Under the pieces are notes generated by a model. That model searched no databases. It had not been told where the DNA came from and worked only from the letters and a program-made list of their open reading frames with translations. From Chloroflexota bacterium (GTDB taxonomy: Bacteria; Chloroflexota; Limnocylindria; Limnocylindrales; CSP1-4): a stretch of 24,265 nucleotides of DNA. The translations under genes and the position numbers were made by a program. The stretch covers positions 1 through 24,265 of the forward strand of contig JAJYEB010000001.1 in NCBI GenBank assembly GCA_021790375.1, written 5' to 3'. How positions within the stretch are numbered: the first letter of the stretch is position 1; each line of letters starts with the position of its first letter. Below are positions 1-10,108 of this stretch, piece after piece.

Positions 1-1
1 G

Positions 2-694
2 GACGTCGCGATCGAGGCGGCCGACGTCACGCTGGTCGGCGGGGACCCGCGCGCGGTGGCCTCGGCGATCGCGCTGTCGCGGCGCACGATGGCGGTGATC
101 CGCCAGAACCTGACCTGGGCCTTCGGGTACAACGTGCTGCTGATCCCCGTCGCGATGGGGCTCCTGTACCCGTTCACCGGCACCACGCTCAGCCCGGCCC
201 TGGCGGCCGGCGCGATGGCGTTGAGCTCCGTCAGCGTGGTCACCAACTCCCTGCGGCTGCGCGGCTTCGACGCGCGGCCCGGGCGGGCGCGGCTCGGGCG
301 CCAGCCGCTGTGGTCTCGCGTGCGCGACGCCGGCTACCTGGTCGCGATCGCGGTTGCCGGCCTGGTGCTGGCGGGCGCCGTGCTTGCCGGCAACCAGTGG
401 CTGGACGCCTCGGCCCAGCAGGTGTCGATCACGGCGCGGGCCGCCACAGTGTCGCCGTTTGACGTCCACGTCCGCACGGGGCAGTTCGTCTACCTGCGCT
501 TCACCAACGATGGCCCGGCCTTCCAGGACCTGGCGGTCCAGGGCATCCCGAACGTCGAGCTGCCCGCCCGCCCAGGCCAGACCACGGCGTTGCGCTTCAT
601 GGCTCCGGCTCCGGGGCGCTTCGAGCTGCAGCTCGGCGCGTCGAGCGGGACGGGCACCGCGGCCGGGACGCTGGTGGTGGATCCGGCGAGCTAG
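2..694 (+). CDS. Heavy-metal-translocating P1B-type ATPase, C-terminal part (5'-truncated by window), with an extra TM helix and a cupredoxin-like domain
   Basis: The frame is open from base 2 ([16 protein letters not shown]...). [19 protein letters not shown] and [16 protein letters not shown] match the last two helices of Cu-type P1B ATPases. A hydrophobic helix and a cupredoxin-like pattern (FTNDG...PGQT...F...PGRF...GTLVV) follow. Confidence 0.9.
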   Translation, partial: DVAIEAADVTLVGGDPRAVASAIALSRRTMAVIRQNLTWAFGYNVLLIPVAMGLLYPFTGTTLSPALAAGAMALSSVSVVTNSLRLRGFDARPGRARLGRQPLWSRVRDAGYLVAIAVAGLVLAGAVLAGNQWLDASAQQVSITARAATVSPFDVHVRTGQFVYLRFTNDGPAFQDLAVQGIPNVELPARPGQTTALRFMAPAPGRFELQLGASSGTGTAAGTLVVDPAS

Positions 695-769
695 GCTCGC
701 CCGCCGGACGGCACTCCGTGCGGTGACGGCCCGCGCGAATGGCAGCCGGCGCGCCGCCGGCGGTCGCGC

Positions 770-2374
770 TCACTCGCCGCGGATCCGCCACTCCGTCACG
801 CCGCCCGGGCGGTCCATGAGCTCCACCCCCAGCGCCGCCAGCTCGTCGCGGAGCTCGTCCGAGCGCTCGTAGTTCCGGGCCGCGCGCGCCCCGGCCCGCT
901 CGGCGAGGAGCGCCTCCGCGCCCGGCGGGAGCGAGGGCGGCCCCGCCGCGCCCGAGCGGACCGGTCCGGCGGCACCCGACGACGCGCTCGCGCCCGAGGT
1001 CGCGTGGAGGCCGAGCCCGAGGACGGCATCTGCGTCCAGCACCAGCCACCGCAGCTCATCCGGGTCGAGCGGCGTGCGCAGCGCCTCGCGGATCGCTGCC
1101 AGCGCGGCGGGCATGTCCAGGTCGTCGTCCAGCGCGGCCACGAACCGCTCGTGGAGCGCCCGACCGGCGTCGGAGAGCGGCACCGCCGGCGCGTGGGCAC
1201 GGTCGAGGAGCCGGTACGCGTCGAGGTCCGGATCGGGAATCGCCTGGTGGCCGCGCACGCCGTCCGCAACGCCGACCGGGCGCGGCCCGGCTGAGCCCGC
1301 CACCAGCGCGGGCGGCATGGTCCACGGTCCGTCCGCCGGGGCAGGACCGAGCGCATGCAGGCGGGAGCGGAGCGAATCGAGGGCCGCCGCAGCCGCCCGC
1401 AGGGAATCGGGCGAGAAGTCGAGCTTGTGGCCGTACTGCGCGGTGAGGCAGAGGTACCGAAAGGCGAGGGGATCGATGCCGTCGTCGGCAAGCTCCGTGA
1501 TCCGCTGGAAGTTGCCTGCCGACTTGGCCATCTTCCGGCCGCTCATCAGCAGGTGTTCCCCGTGCACGTAGGAGGCGGCCGGCACCTGGCCGGTGAGCGC
1601 CTCCGACTGCGCGATCTCGTCCTCGTGGTGCGGGAAGACGTTGTCGACGCCGCCCGTGTGCAGCTCGAACCGCTCGCCCAGGTAGCGCATGGCCATCGCG
1701 GAGCACTCGATGTGCCAGCCGGGGTACCCCTCGCCCCAGCGAGCGGTGGGCCACTTCACCAGGCGACCTTCGCCCGCGCGCTTCCAGAGCGCGAAGTCGG
1801 CCGGGTCGTGCTTGTCCGCCTCCACCTCCACGCGGTGGCCGGCGCGCAGCGCGTCCAGCGTGTTGCCCGAGAGCTTGCCGTACCCGGGGAAACGGGCCAC
1901 GTCGTAGTAGACGGTGCCCTCCGGCGTGGCATAGGCGAAGCCGGCGTCCTGCAACCGCTCGACCATGTCCAGCATCTCGGGGATGTGCTCGGTGGCCCGG
2001 GGGTAGACGTGCGCGGGAAGGAGATTGACCAGCGCGGCGTCGGCGTGGAAGGCGTCCTCGTATGCGGCGGCGATCTCGGCCGGGGACTTGTCCTCGAGTT
2101 TCGCGGCCACCAGCATCCGGTCCTCGCCGCGGTCGAAGCGCTCGTCGCGCATGTGGCCGACGTCCGTGATGTTCTGGACGTGCACGACGCGCAGGCCGTG
2201 GTAGAGGAGGACGCGGCGGATGAGGTCGGCCAGCAGGAACGTGCGCAGGTTCCCGATGTGGGCGTAGCGGTAGACGGTCGGGCCGCAGCTGTACATGCGG
2301 ACGGTCCGGTCGCCGCGCAGCGGCAGCACCGGCTCCGCCCGCCTCGACAGCGTGTTGCGGAGACGGAGCGTCAC
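770..2374 (-). CDS. cysS: Cysteine--tRNA ligase
   Basis: YSCGPTVY, HIGN (HIGH motif), PGWHIECSAM, GGVDNVFPHHEDE, KMAKS (KMSKS motif), DDDLD and SDELRDEL in the anticodon region. GTG start at 2374, 13 nt after the upstream stop; the ORF-track start 2467 overlaps the kinase gene. Confidence 0.96.
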   Translation of the reverse strand: MTLRLRNTLSRRAEPVLPLRGDRTVRMYSCGPTVYRYAHIGNLRTFLLADLIRRVLLYHGLRVVHVQNITDVGHMRDERFDRGEDRMLVAAKLEDKSPAEIAAAYEDAFHADAALVNLLPAHVYPRATEHIPEMLDMVERLQDAGFAYATPEGTVYYDVARFPGYGKLSGNTLDALRAGHRVEVEADKHDPADFALWKRAGEGRLVKWPTARWGEGYPGWHIECSAMAMRYLGERFELHTGGVDNVFPHHEDEIAQSEALTGQVPAASYVHGEHLLMSGRKMAKSAGNFQRITELADDGIDPLAFRYLCLTAQYGHKLDFSPDSLRAAAAALDSLRSRLHALGPAPADGPWTMPPALVAGSAGPRPVGVADGVRGHQAIPDPDLDAYRLLDRAHAPAVPLSDAGRALHERFVAALDDDLDMPAALAAIREALRTPLDPDELRWLVLDADAVLGLGLHATSGASASSGAAGPVRSGAAGPPSLPPGAEALLAERAGARAARNYERSDELRDELAALGVELMDRPGGVTEWRIRGE

Positions 2375-2387
2375 GGCCCGGGGCGCG

Positions 2388-3874
<1,487 letters not shown>

Positions 3875-3878
<4 letters not shown>

Positions 3879-5533
3879 AGGGTGGCCAGGTACTGGTGGA
3901 TGAACTGGACCGCCATGGAGCCCTCGCCCACCGACGACGCGATCCGTTTGACGGATCCGGACCGGACGTCCCCCGCCACGAAGACCCCGGGCACGCTGGT
4001 CTCGAGGAGGAACGGGTCCCGCCGCAGGGGCCATCTGCCGGGTTGATCACCGGTGCGGGTGAGCCCGGGACCCGACACGACGAACCCCGCCGGATCGCGC
4101 TGCACGGCGTCGCCGAGCCAGTCGGTGCGCGGCTGCTGCCCGATGAAGACGAACAAGGCTGCGACTCCGCACGTCTGCCGCATCTCCTCGCCCGTCGCGA
4201 TGTCGATGGCCTCGAGCGCCTGGCCACCGTGCACGGCGACGACGCTCGAACGGAGCAGCACACGGATGTTCGACGTGGTCCCGATCCGGTCCACCAGGTA
4301 CTGCGACATGCCGGCCTCGATCGAGCCACCGCGGATGATGAGCATGACGTCCTCGGCGTACCGCGCGAGGTAGACCGCTGCCTGCCCGGCGGAGTTGCCT
4401 CCGCCGACCACGGCGACGTGGGCGTCGCGGTAGAAGGGCGCCTCCGTCGTTGCCGCGCCGTAGAACACGCCGGCGCCCGTGAGCATGTCGAGCCCTGGCA
4501 CGTCCAGGCGCCGGTACTCGACGCCGGTCGCGACCAGCAGCGCCTGGGAGCTCACCGCCGACCCGTCCGCCAGCTGCACCACCTTGTACGGGTCGTTGAC
4601 GCTCATGCCGACCACGTTCTGCGGCGTAAGGATCTCCGCGCCGAGGCGGCTCGCCTGGGCCAGCGCGCGCCGCGCCAGGTCGGAGCCCGACAGGCCGGAG
4701 GGGAACCCCAGGTAGTTCTCGATCCGCGACGTGGTGCCGGCCTGCCCCCCGGGGGCCTCCCGCTCGACCAGCAGCGTACGCAGTCCCTCGGATGCGCCGT
4801 AGACGGCGGCCGCCAGGCCGGCGGGGCCGCCGCCGACGATGACCAGGTCGTAGAAGGGCAGGGCGGCCTGGGTCCGCAGCCCCACCTTCTCGGCGATCTC
4901 GAGGTTGGTGGGTGCGACCAGGTGGGAGCCGTCGGGAAAGACCACCAGCGGCTCGGTGTCCTCGCCCTCGCCGGCGCTCGCGACGAGCGCCGGGGCGTCG
5001 GCGTCCGTCTCCATGTCGAGCCAGCGGTAGGGGATCTGGTTGCGGGCGAGGTAGTCCTTGATCTCGTGCGCACGGGAGTCCCACCGGTGGCTCACCAGGC
5101 GGAGCCCCTCGAACGGCGGCACGTAAGCCGCCTGCCAGTCGCCGAGGAGGTCTTCGAGGACCGGGTAGAGCTTCTCCTCGGGCGGGTCCCAGGGCTTGAG
5201 CAGGTAGTGGTCGAGGCGGATCGCGTTGATCGCCTGGATGGCGACCTCAGTGTCCGCGTACGCGGTCAGCAGCACCCGCTTCGCATCCGGGAAGACGTCC
5301 CGCGCCGACTCCAGGAACTCGGTCCCGGTCATCCCGGGCATGCGCTGGTCGGCCAGGAACAGCGCGACCGCCGACCCGCGGAGCTTCAGGCGCTTCACGG
5401 CGTCCAGCGCGCTCGGCCCGCTCTCGGCGGCCACCACGCGGTAGTCATGCCCGAAACGTCGCCGGAGGTCGCGCTCGACGGCTCGAAGGACCTGGGGGTC
5501 GTCGTCGACCGCAACGATGACGGGGTTCGCCAT
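3875..5533 (-). CDS. Response-regulator receiver fused to a thioredoxin-reductase-like FAD/NAD(P)H oxidoreductase
   Basis: Receiver motifs VDDD, ADQRMP, LLTAY and LLKPW. TrxB-like motifs VGGGPAG, IENYLGFP, ATG, VGGGNSA and GVFVAGDVR. ATG at 5533 is preceded by GGAGG. Confidence 0.95.
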
Positions 5534-5604
5534 GGGGTCCTCCGTGACCAGGGGAGGCGCGACCTTCGCGCCCTGGGCTGGAGCGCGGCCTCCCACTCCT
5601 GTGC

Positions 5605-5610
5605 ACAATA
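5605..5610 (-). promoter_or_regulatory. Candidate -10 element (TATTGT) for the receiver-TrxB/kinase/cysS operon
   Basis: TANNNT hexamer in a rare AT-rich patch about 70 nt upstream of ATG 5533. No good -35 seen. Confidence 0.4.
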
Positions 5611-5653
5611 GCCGAAGTTCCCGTTGAGAGGGGCGATTCGGCCCACTCGTCCG

Positions 5654-5689
5654 CCGGCTCGCCGCCCGGCCCGTCCCCCGGCTCCCAGC
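5654..5689. repeat. Degenerate 12-bp tandem repeat (ccggcNcNNNNc, three copies)
   Basis: ccggctcgccgc / ccggcccgtccc / ccggctcccagc in the divergent intergenic region. Confidence 0.4.
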
Positions 5690-5748
5690 CGGGCCACTCC
5701 GTGCGCTCGTTCGGGCACAATGGCCAGCATGTGCCGAGTGGCCGCACC

Positions 5749-6297
5749 ATGAGCCGATCCCACCCGCCCGACGGTCCGTTCCGGTATCGACGCCCCATCG
5801 AGGTGCGCTTCGCCGACACCGATGCGATGGGCCACGTCAACAACGCCGTCTTCCTGAGCTACTTCGAGATGGCGCGGGCCGGCTACTACCAGGGCGTCAC
5901 GGGCTCGACGTTCGGCATCGGCGCCCAGTCGCACGACCGCAGCTTCATCCTGGCCGAGGCACGCGTGACGTACGTCAGCGCGGTCCGCTTCGGCGAGCCA
6001 CTGGTCTGCGAGGCCCGCGTGGGCTGGGCGGGGCGCTCGTCGTTCGCGATGGAGTTCCGGCTGCTTGCGCAGGACTCGCCCTTCGGCCGGGCCCGGCTCG
6101 CCGCCTACGGCGAGACCGTGCAGGTCATGTACGACTATGCCGCGGGGCGCGTGCAGCCGCTGCCGGCCGAGCTGCTGACGATGGTGGAGGCGTATGAGGG
6201 TCGCCGAGTCCCGGGCCGGGACGCCGCCGGGGGCGCCGGCGGGGATAGCGCCGCCGCAGGGCCCCTGCGCGCGGGATCAGGGCTGCAGCAGCTGTGA
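5749..6297 (+). CDS. Acyl-CoA/acyl-ACP thioesterase (4HBT/YbgC hot-dog fold)
   Basis: Signature VRFADTDAMGHVNNAVFLSYFEMAR and C-terminal G-ETVQVMYD...PLP. Start ATG 5749 (GTG 5731 possible). The 3' end overlaps the convergent CapA-like gene by 21 nt. Confidence 0.92.
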   Translation: MSRSHPPDGPFRYRRPIEVRFADTDAMGHVNNAVFLSYFEMARAGYYQGVTGSTFGIGAQSHDRSFILAEARVTYVSAVRFGEPLVCEARVGWAGRSSFAMEFRLLAQDSPFGRARLAAYGETVQVMYDYAAGRVQPLPAELLTMVEAYEGRRVPGRDAAGGAGGDSAAAGPLRAGSGLQQL

Positions 6298-7953
6298 CGC
6301 CGAGAGGACCTGGTGCAGCACGAACTGGCCGTCGGTGGCGGGATCCGTGAGGTTGGGCTGGGCGTCGTCGAGGACGACCGTGGGGATCAGCCGCACCTGC
6401 GCCAGCCGGGTGCCCACGAACGTCAGCATGGTCATGACGCCTTCCTGGGTCTGGCGGCTCCAGCTCTGCCCGAACCAGAAGTTCCCCTGGCTCGCGGTGA
6501 CGAACCGGTAACCCGACCGGCTCCCGGGCGTGATCGAGATCGCGCCGGCCCAGTGGAAGTCCGCGCCGATGATCTCGTCCGCGCCCGCCGCCTCCAGCTC
6601 GGTGATCAGCGACCGCTGGAAGCCGGTGAAGGCCGCGCGGTACTCCACCGAGCTCCATTGCGGCAGCGCGAACACCACCTGCGCGCCGGCGCTCCGTGCG
6701 GCGGCGATCGCGGCCCGCGCCGTGGCAGGTGTCAGGGGCGCCACTCCAGGGCTGTCGGCGGTCGCGTACGCCGATCCGCCGATGGCATCGAACCCCACGA
6801 AGCCGAACCGGACACCGTCGACGTCGATCACGGCCGGCCGGAGCGCCTGCGCGAGCGTGCGTCCCCCGCCGACCGGCTGGATCCCGTTGGCGCGGAACAG
6901 GTCGACCGTCTCGCCGATGGCCCCCAGTCCGGGGTTCGTGTTGTGGTCGGCCGCGATCGTGGCCACGTCGAACCCCGCCCTGGCCATCAGCGGGGCCACG
7001 CGGGGGTCGATCGAGAAGACCGTGCCGCTGTCGTGCTGGGTGAAGTGGCTGGTCATGGAGCACTCGAAGTCGCTGACCGCGACGTCGGCGTTGCGGATCA
7101 GCGCCCAGACGGCCCCGGCGTGGTCGGTCCGGACCGCGTCCACCACCCACCAGCCGAAGGCGGGGTCCCAGTGCCGGCCCGTGTACTTCGCGGTGCCGGC
7201 CTGGAGCAGCCAGTCCCATCCCTTCCCGAGCACGTTGGTCTGGTAGCTCACGCCGCGGTCCGGGCAGTTGACGCCGGTGGTGAGCACGACCCGCACGTTC
7301 GAGGGGTTGTAGGCGGTCCAGGTCGCGGGCCACCCGGCCGGCGTCGGGATCGTCAGCGGGTAGGGCGCGGTCCGCGCGGGCGTCTCGCCGAACAGGTCGG
7401 CCGTCCCGATGGGCACCACGCGCAGGGCGGGCGTGATCAGGCCCGGTGGGAGGAGCGCCAGGCCGGTCGATGAGGCCGGCAGCCGGGCGGGGATGGCGTC
7501 ACCCGGGACGCACGCGGCCGACGGCACGGCCTGCAGCGCCGTGGCGATCGCCGCTTCTGCGCCGCAGGGCACGATCAGCGTGCCGGACGCGAGCCGGGTG
7601 GCCAGGTCCGCCGGCGTCACGGAGTCCACGCGGTAGTTCGAGAAGCCGGTGACCACGGCCAGCGGAACCGACGAGCCGGGCGAGCCGGACACGCCGGGCG
7701 ATCCGGACGCGCCGGGCGATCCGAACACGCCGGCCGACGCTGCCGCCGTGGGCGACGGGACCTCCGATGCGGGCGTGGAGGCGGATGCTGCTCCGGGCGA
7801 GGGCGACCCTGCGGGTCCACTCGCACCGAACGCCGCGGCCGGAGACGCGGAGGCGACCGTGGAGGGCGTCGCGGGCGACGCAGGTGCGCCGCACGCCGAG
7901 AACGCCATTCCCACGACGAGGGGCAGGGCGACGAGCCGACCGCACCGACTCAT
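6277..7953 (-). CDS. CapA (PGA_cap, metallophosphoesterase-fold) family lipoprotein with divergent motifs
   Basis: Signal peptide ending in FSA-C (lipobox-like) and a Ser/Pro/Ala linker. C-terminal half aligns by eye to CapA: DFEC, GFDVATIAADHN, QWSSVEY, GADEIIGADFH, SQGNFWF. Confidence 0.82.
   Translation of the reverse strand: MSRCGRLVALPLVVGMAFSACGAPASPATPSTVASASPAAAFGASGPAGSPSPGAASASTPASEVPSPTAAASAGVFGSPGASGSPGVSGSPGSSVPLAVVTGFSNYRVDSVTPADLATRLASGTLIVPCGAEAAIATALQAVPSAACVPGDAIPARLPASSTGLALLPPGLITPALRVVPIGTADLFGETPARTAPYPLTIPTPAGWPATWTAYNPSNVRVVLTTGVNCPDRGVSYQTNVLGKGWDWLLQAGTAKYTGRHWDPAFGWWVVDAVRTDHAGAVWALIRNADVAVSDFECSMTSHFTQHDSGTVFSIDPRVAPLMARAGFDVATIAADHNTNPGLGAIGETVDLFRANGIQPVGGGRTLAQALRPAVIDVDGVRFGFVGFDAIGGSAYATADSPGVAPLTPATARAAIAAARSAGAQVVFALPQWSSVEYRAAFTGFQRSLITELEAAGADEIIGADFHWAGAISITPGSRSGYRFVTASQGNFWFGQSWSRQTQEGVMTMLTFVGTRLAQVRLIPTVVLDDAQPNLTDPATDGQFVLHQVLSASQLLQP
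7675..7728. repeat. 18-bp coding tandem repeat, three copies (GSPG-containing linker)
   Basis: gccgggcgagccggacac / gccgggcgatccggacgc / gccgggcgatccgaacac. Confidence 0.85.
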
Positions 7954-7963
7954 CGCCGGTCGC

Positions 7964-9232
7964 TCAGGGCTCGAAGCGCCGGAAGACCGCCACCGCGTTC
8001 TGGCCCCCGAACCCGAACCCGTTGACGATCGCCGTGTCCACGCGCTGCCGGCGTGGCACGAGCGGGACGTAGTCGAGGTCGCAGTCGGGGTCGGGGTCTT
8101 CCAGGTTGGTCGTGGGCGGGATCACGCCCTCGCAGATCGAGGACACCGCCACCAGGGCGTTTGCCACGCCCGCCGCTCCGAGCAGGTGGCCGATCATCGA
8201 TTTCGGGGACGTGATCGGGACGCGGTACGCGTGGTCGCCGAACGCCGTCTTGATCGCCCGTGTCTCCGTGACGTCGTTGAGCGGCGTCGACGTGCCGTGT
8301 GCCACGATCAGGTCGATCTCGTCCGGCGCGACACCCGCGTGGCGGAGCGCCAGCCCCATCGCGCGCGCGGCTCCCCGGCCGGTGGGCTCGGGGGCGCTGA
8401 CGTGGTACGCGTCCGCGGTCAGCGCGGCGCCCAGGACCTCGGCGCGGATGCGTGCCCCCCGGTCCACGGCGTGGGCGGCCGACTCGAGCACCATGACCCC
8501 GGCGCCTTCGCCGAAGAGGAAGCCATCCCGGTTCCGATCGAACGGGCGGGACGCGTGCTCCGGGTCGTCGTTGCGCTTCGACAGGGCGCCCATGTTGCCG
8601 AGCGCCGCGAACGCGATCGGCAGCAGCGGGGCCTCCGCGCCGCCCACGAGCACCACGTCGCACTCGCCGTCCTGGATGAGGCGCAGCCCGTCGAGGAACG
8701 CGATGACCGAGCTGGCGCAGGCGGCAACCTGGGTGATCACGGGGCCGGTCAGGCCGTACTTCATCGAGACCATGCAGGCGGCCATGGAGCCCGACAGGCC
8801 GGGGATGGCGAACGGGCTCACCTGGCCCGGCCCCCGCTGCTCGAGGGCATGCGTCCCGTCGACCACCTGTTCCAGGCCGCCGCCGCCCGTGTTGATCGCG
8901 ACGCCCACGCGATCGCGCCGCTCCGGCGACCAGTCCGCGAAGTCGAGCCCGGAATCCGTCACCGCCTCCTGCGCGGCCGCCATCCCGAAGTGGATGAAGC
9001 GGCTCATCCGGCGCGCCATCTTGCGATCCATGGCGATGGTCGGGTCGAAGCCCTTGACCTCCGCCGCGATCCGCACGTCGAACCGGGATGCGTCGAAGGA
9101 CGTGATGGGGCCGCCGCCGTTCACGCCGGCGAGCAGGTTTCGCCAGTACGTGGGGTAATCGTTGCCGATGGGGGTCACGGCGCCGAGGCCCGTGACGACG
9201 GCGCGGCGGGCAGGGTCGGTGCTGGGGGGCAC
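7964..9232 (-). CDS. fabF: Beta-ketoacyl-ACP synthase II, paralogue A
   Basis: VVTGLGAVTPIG; Cys-His-His triad in AACASS, AHGTSTPLND and KSMIGHLLGAAG; C-terminal NGFGFGGQN. GTG start. Confidence 0.95.
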   Translation of the reverse strand: MPPSTDPARRAVVTGLGAVTPIGNDYPTYWRNLLAGVNGGGPITSFDASRFDVRIAAEVKGFDPTIAMDRKMARRMSRFIHFGMAAAQEAVTDSGLDFADWSPERRDRVGVAINTGGGGLEQVVDGTHALEQRGPGQVSPFAIPGLSGSMAACMVSMKYGLTGPVITQVAACASSVIAFLDGLRLIQDGECDVVLVGGAEAPLLPIAFAALGNMGALSKRNDDPEHASRPFDRNRDGFLFGEGAGVMVLESAAHAVDRGARIRAEVLGAALTADAYHVSAPEPTGRGAARAMGLALRHAGVAPDEIDLIVAHGTSTPLNDVTETRAIKTAFGDHAYRVPITSPKSMIGHLLGAAGVANALVAVSSICEGVIPPTTNLEDPDPDCDLDYVPLVPRRQRVDTAIVNGFGFGGQNAVAVFRRFEP

Positions 9233-9251
9233 GGATCGGCTCCTCCTCGGG

Positions 9252-10103
9252 TCAGGTGCGATCGATTGTAGCCGCCCACATCCGGCGGTCGGCGGCTCTC
9301 GCCGGCGGCATGGCCCGCCACGCCGGGGGCAGTCGGCGCCCCCAGAAGCCGAACGCCGTGCGCAGCCAGGACGAGACGGCGGCGCGGCCCGGCCCCCACG
9401 GGATGCCGTACTCCTCGCGGACGCGATCCGGCAGCAGTTCGAGTGCCGGCCACAGCAGCCAGTCGTAGAGCACGGGCGGCAGGGGCCCGACCGGTGGGTG
9501 GAGGATCGTGGCGATCAGCGATCGGGCCGTGGGGGTGACGTGGACCGGCCCATCCGGCGCGAGCATCGTCCACCAGTACCGGTCGAACGCATCCAGGTCG
9601 GCCGGCAGCAACTCGTCGGGAATCCCGAAGCCACGGCCGATGGGCAGTGTCTCGCAGTAGAACGCCGCGCGCCGTTCGCGGTGAAGTGGCTCGTACCAGG
9701 CGTCGTACGCGGTCATCGTGGATTCGATGAGCGTGGCATGCACCCACAGCGACAGCTCCGGGTCCCGGGCGCGGTAGGTCTCCGCGCCCGTGGTCCCGCG
9801 CGCGACGGCATCCCGCACGGGACCCACCACGGTCTGGTGCAGGCGGTTCAGCCGGGCGATCTCCCGGGTCGCGCCTCCGGTGGTGCCGTACACGATCCGC
9901 AGGTAGCTGCGCAGGGTGCCGTCCAGCCGGCCCCACGGATCCGCGCGGAAGTTGCTGTGCTGGTCCACCCCCTCGGCCACAAGTGGATGGGCGAGCTGCA
10001 GCAGCAGCGCGCGAGGGCCGGCGCCCAGCAGCAGAAACGCCTCGCGGTTGAGGCGCCAGGCCTCGCTGCCGGGACCGTAGAGGCCGGGGTCGGCCGCTGC
10101 CAT
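9252..10103 (-). CDS. DUF2236 / MpaB-like (Lcp-related) oxygenase family protein
   Basis: GPGSEAWRL, GPRALLLQLAHPLVAEGVDQHS, PWGRL, NRLH, YRARDPEL-LWVHATL and ELLPDRVREEYG match the recalled family pattern. Confidence 0.88.
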   Translation of the reverse strand: MAAADPGLYGPGSEAWRLNREAFLLLGAGPRALLLQLAHPLVAEGVDQHSNFRADPWGRLDGTLRSYLRIVYGTTGGATREIARLNRLHQTVVGPVRDAVARGTTGAETYRARDPELSLWVHATLIESTMTAYDAWYEPLHRERRAAFYCETLPIGRGFGIPDELLPADLDAFDRYWWTMLAPDGPVHVTPTARSLIATILHPPVGPLPPVLYDWLLWPALELLPDRVREEYGIPWGPGRAAVSSWLRTAFGFWGRRLPPAWRAMPPARAADRRMWAATIDRT

Positions 10104-10108
10104 GCGCC

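Noticed and set aside
5617-5622. GGGAAC upstream of the TrxB-like gene as a SigR/SigH-type ECF promoter
   Set aside because: No GTT/CGTT -10 at 16-18 nt spacing.
6277-7953. Poly-gamma-glutamate capsule locus
   Set aside because: No capB/capC (pgsB/C) in the window; CapA-family domains are widespread outside capsule operons.
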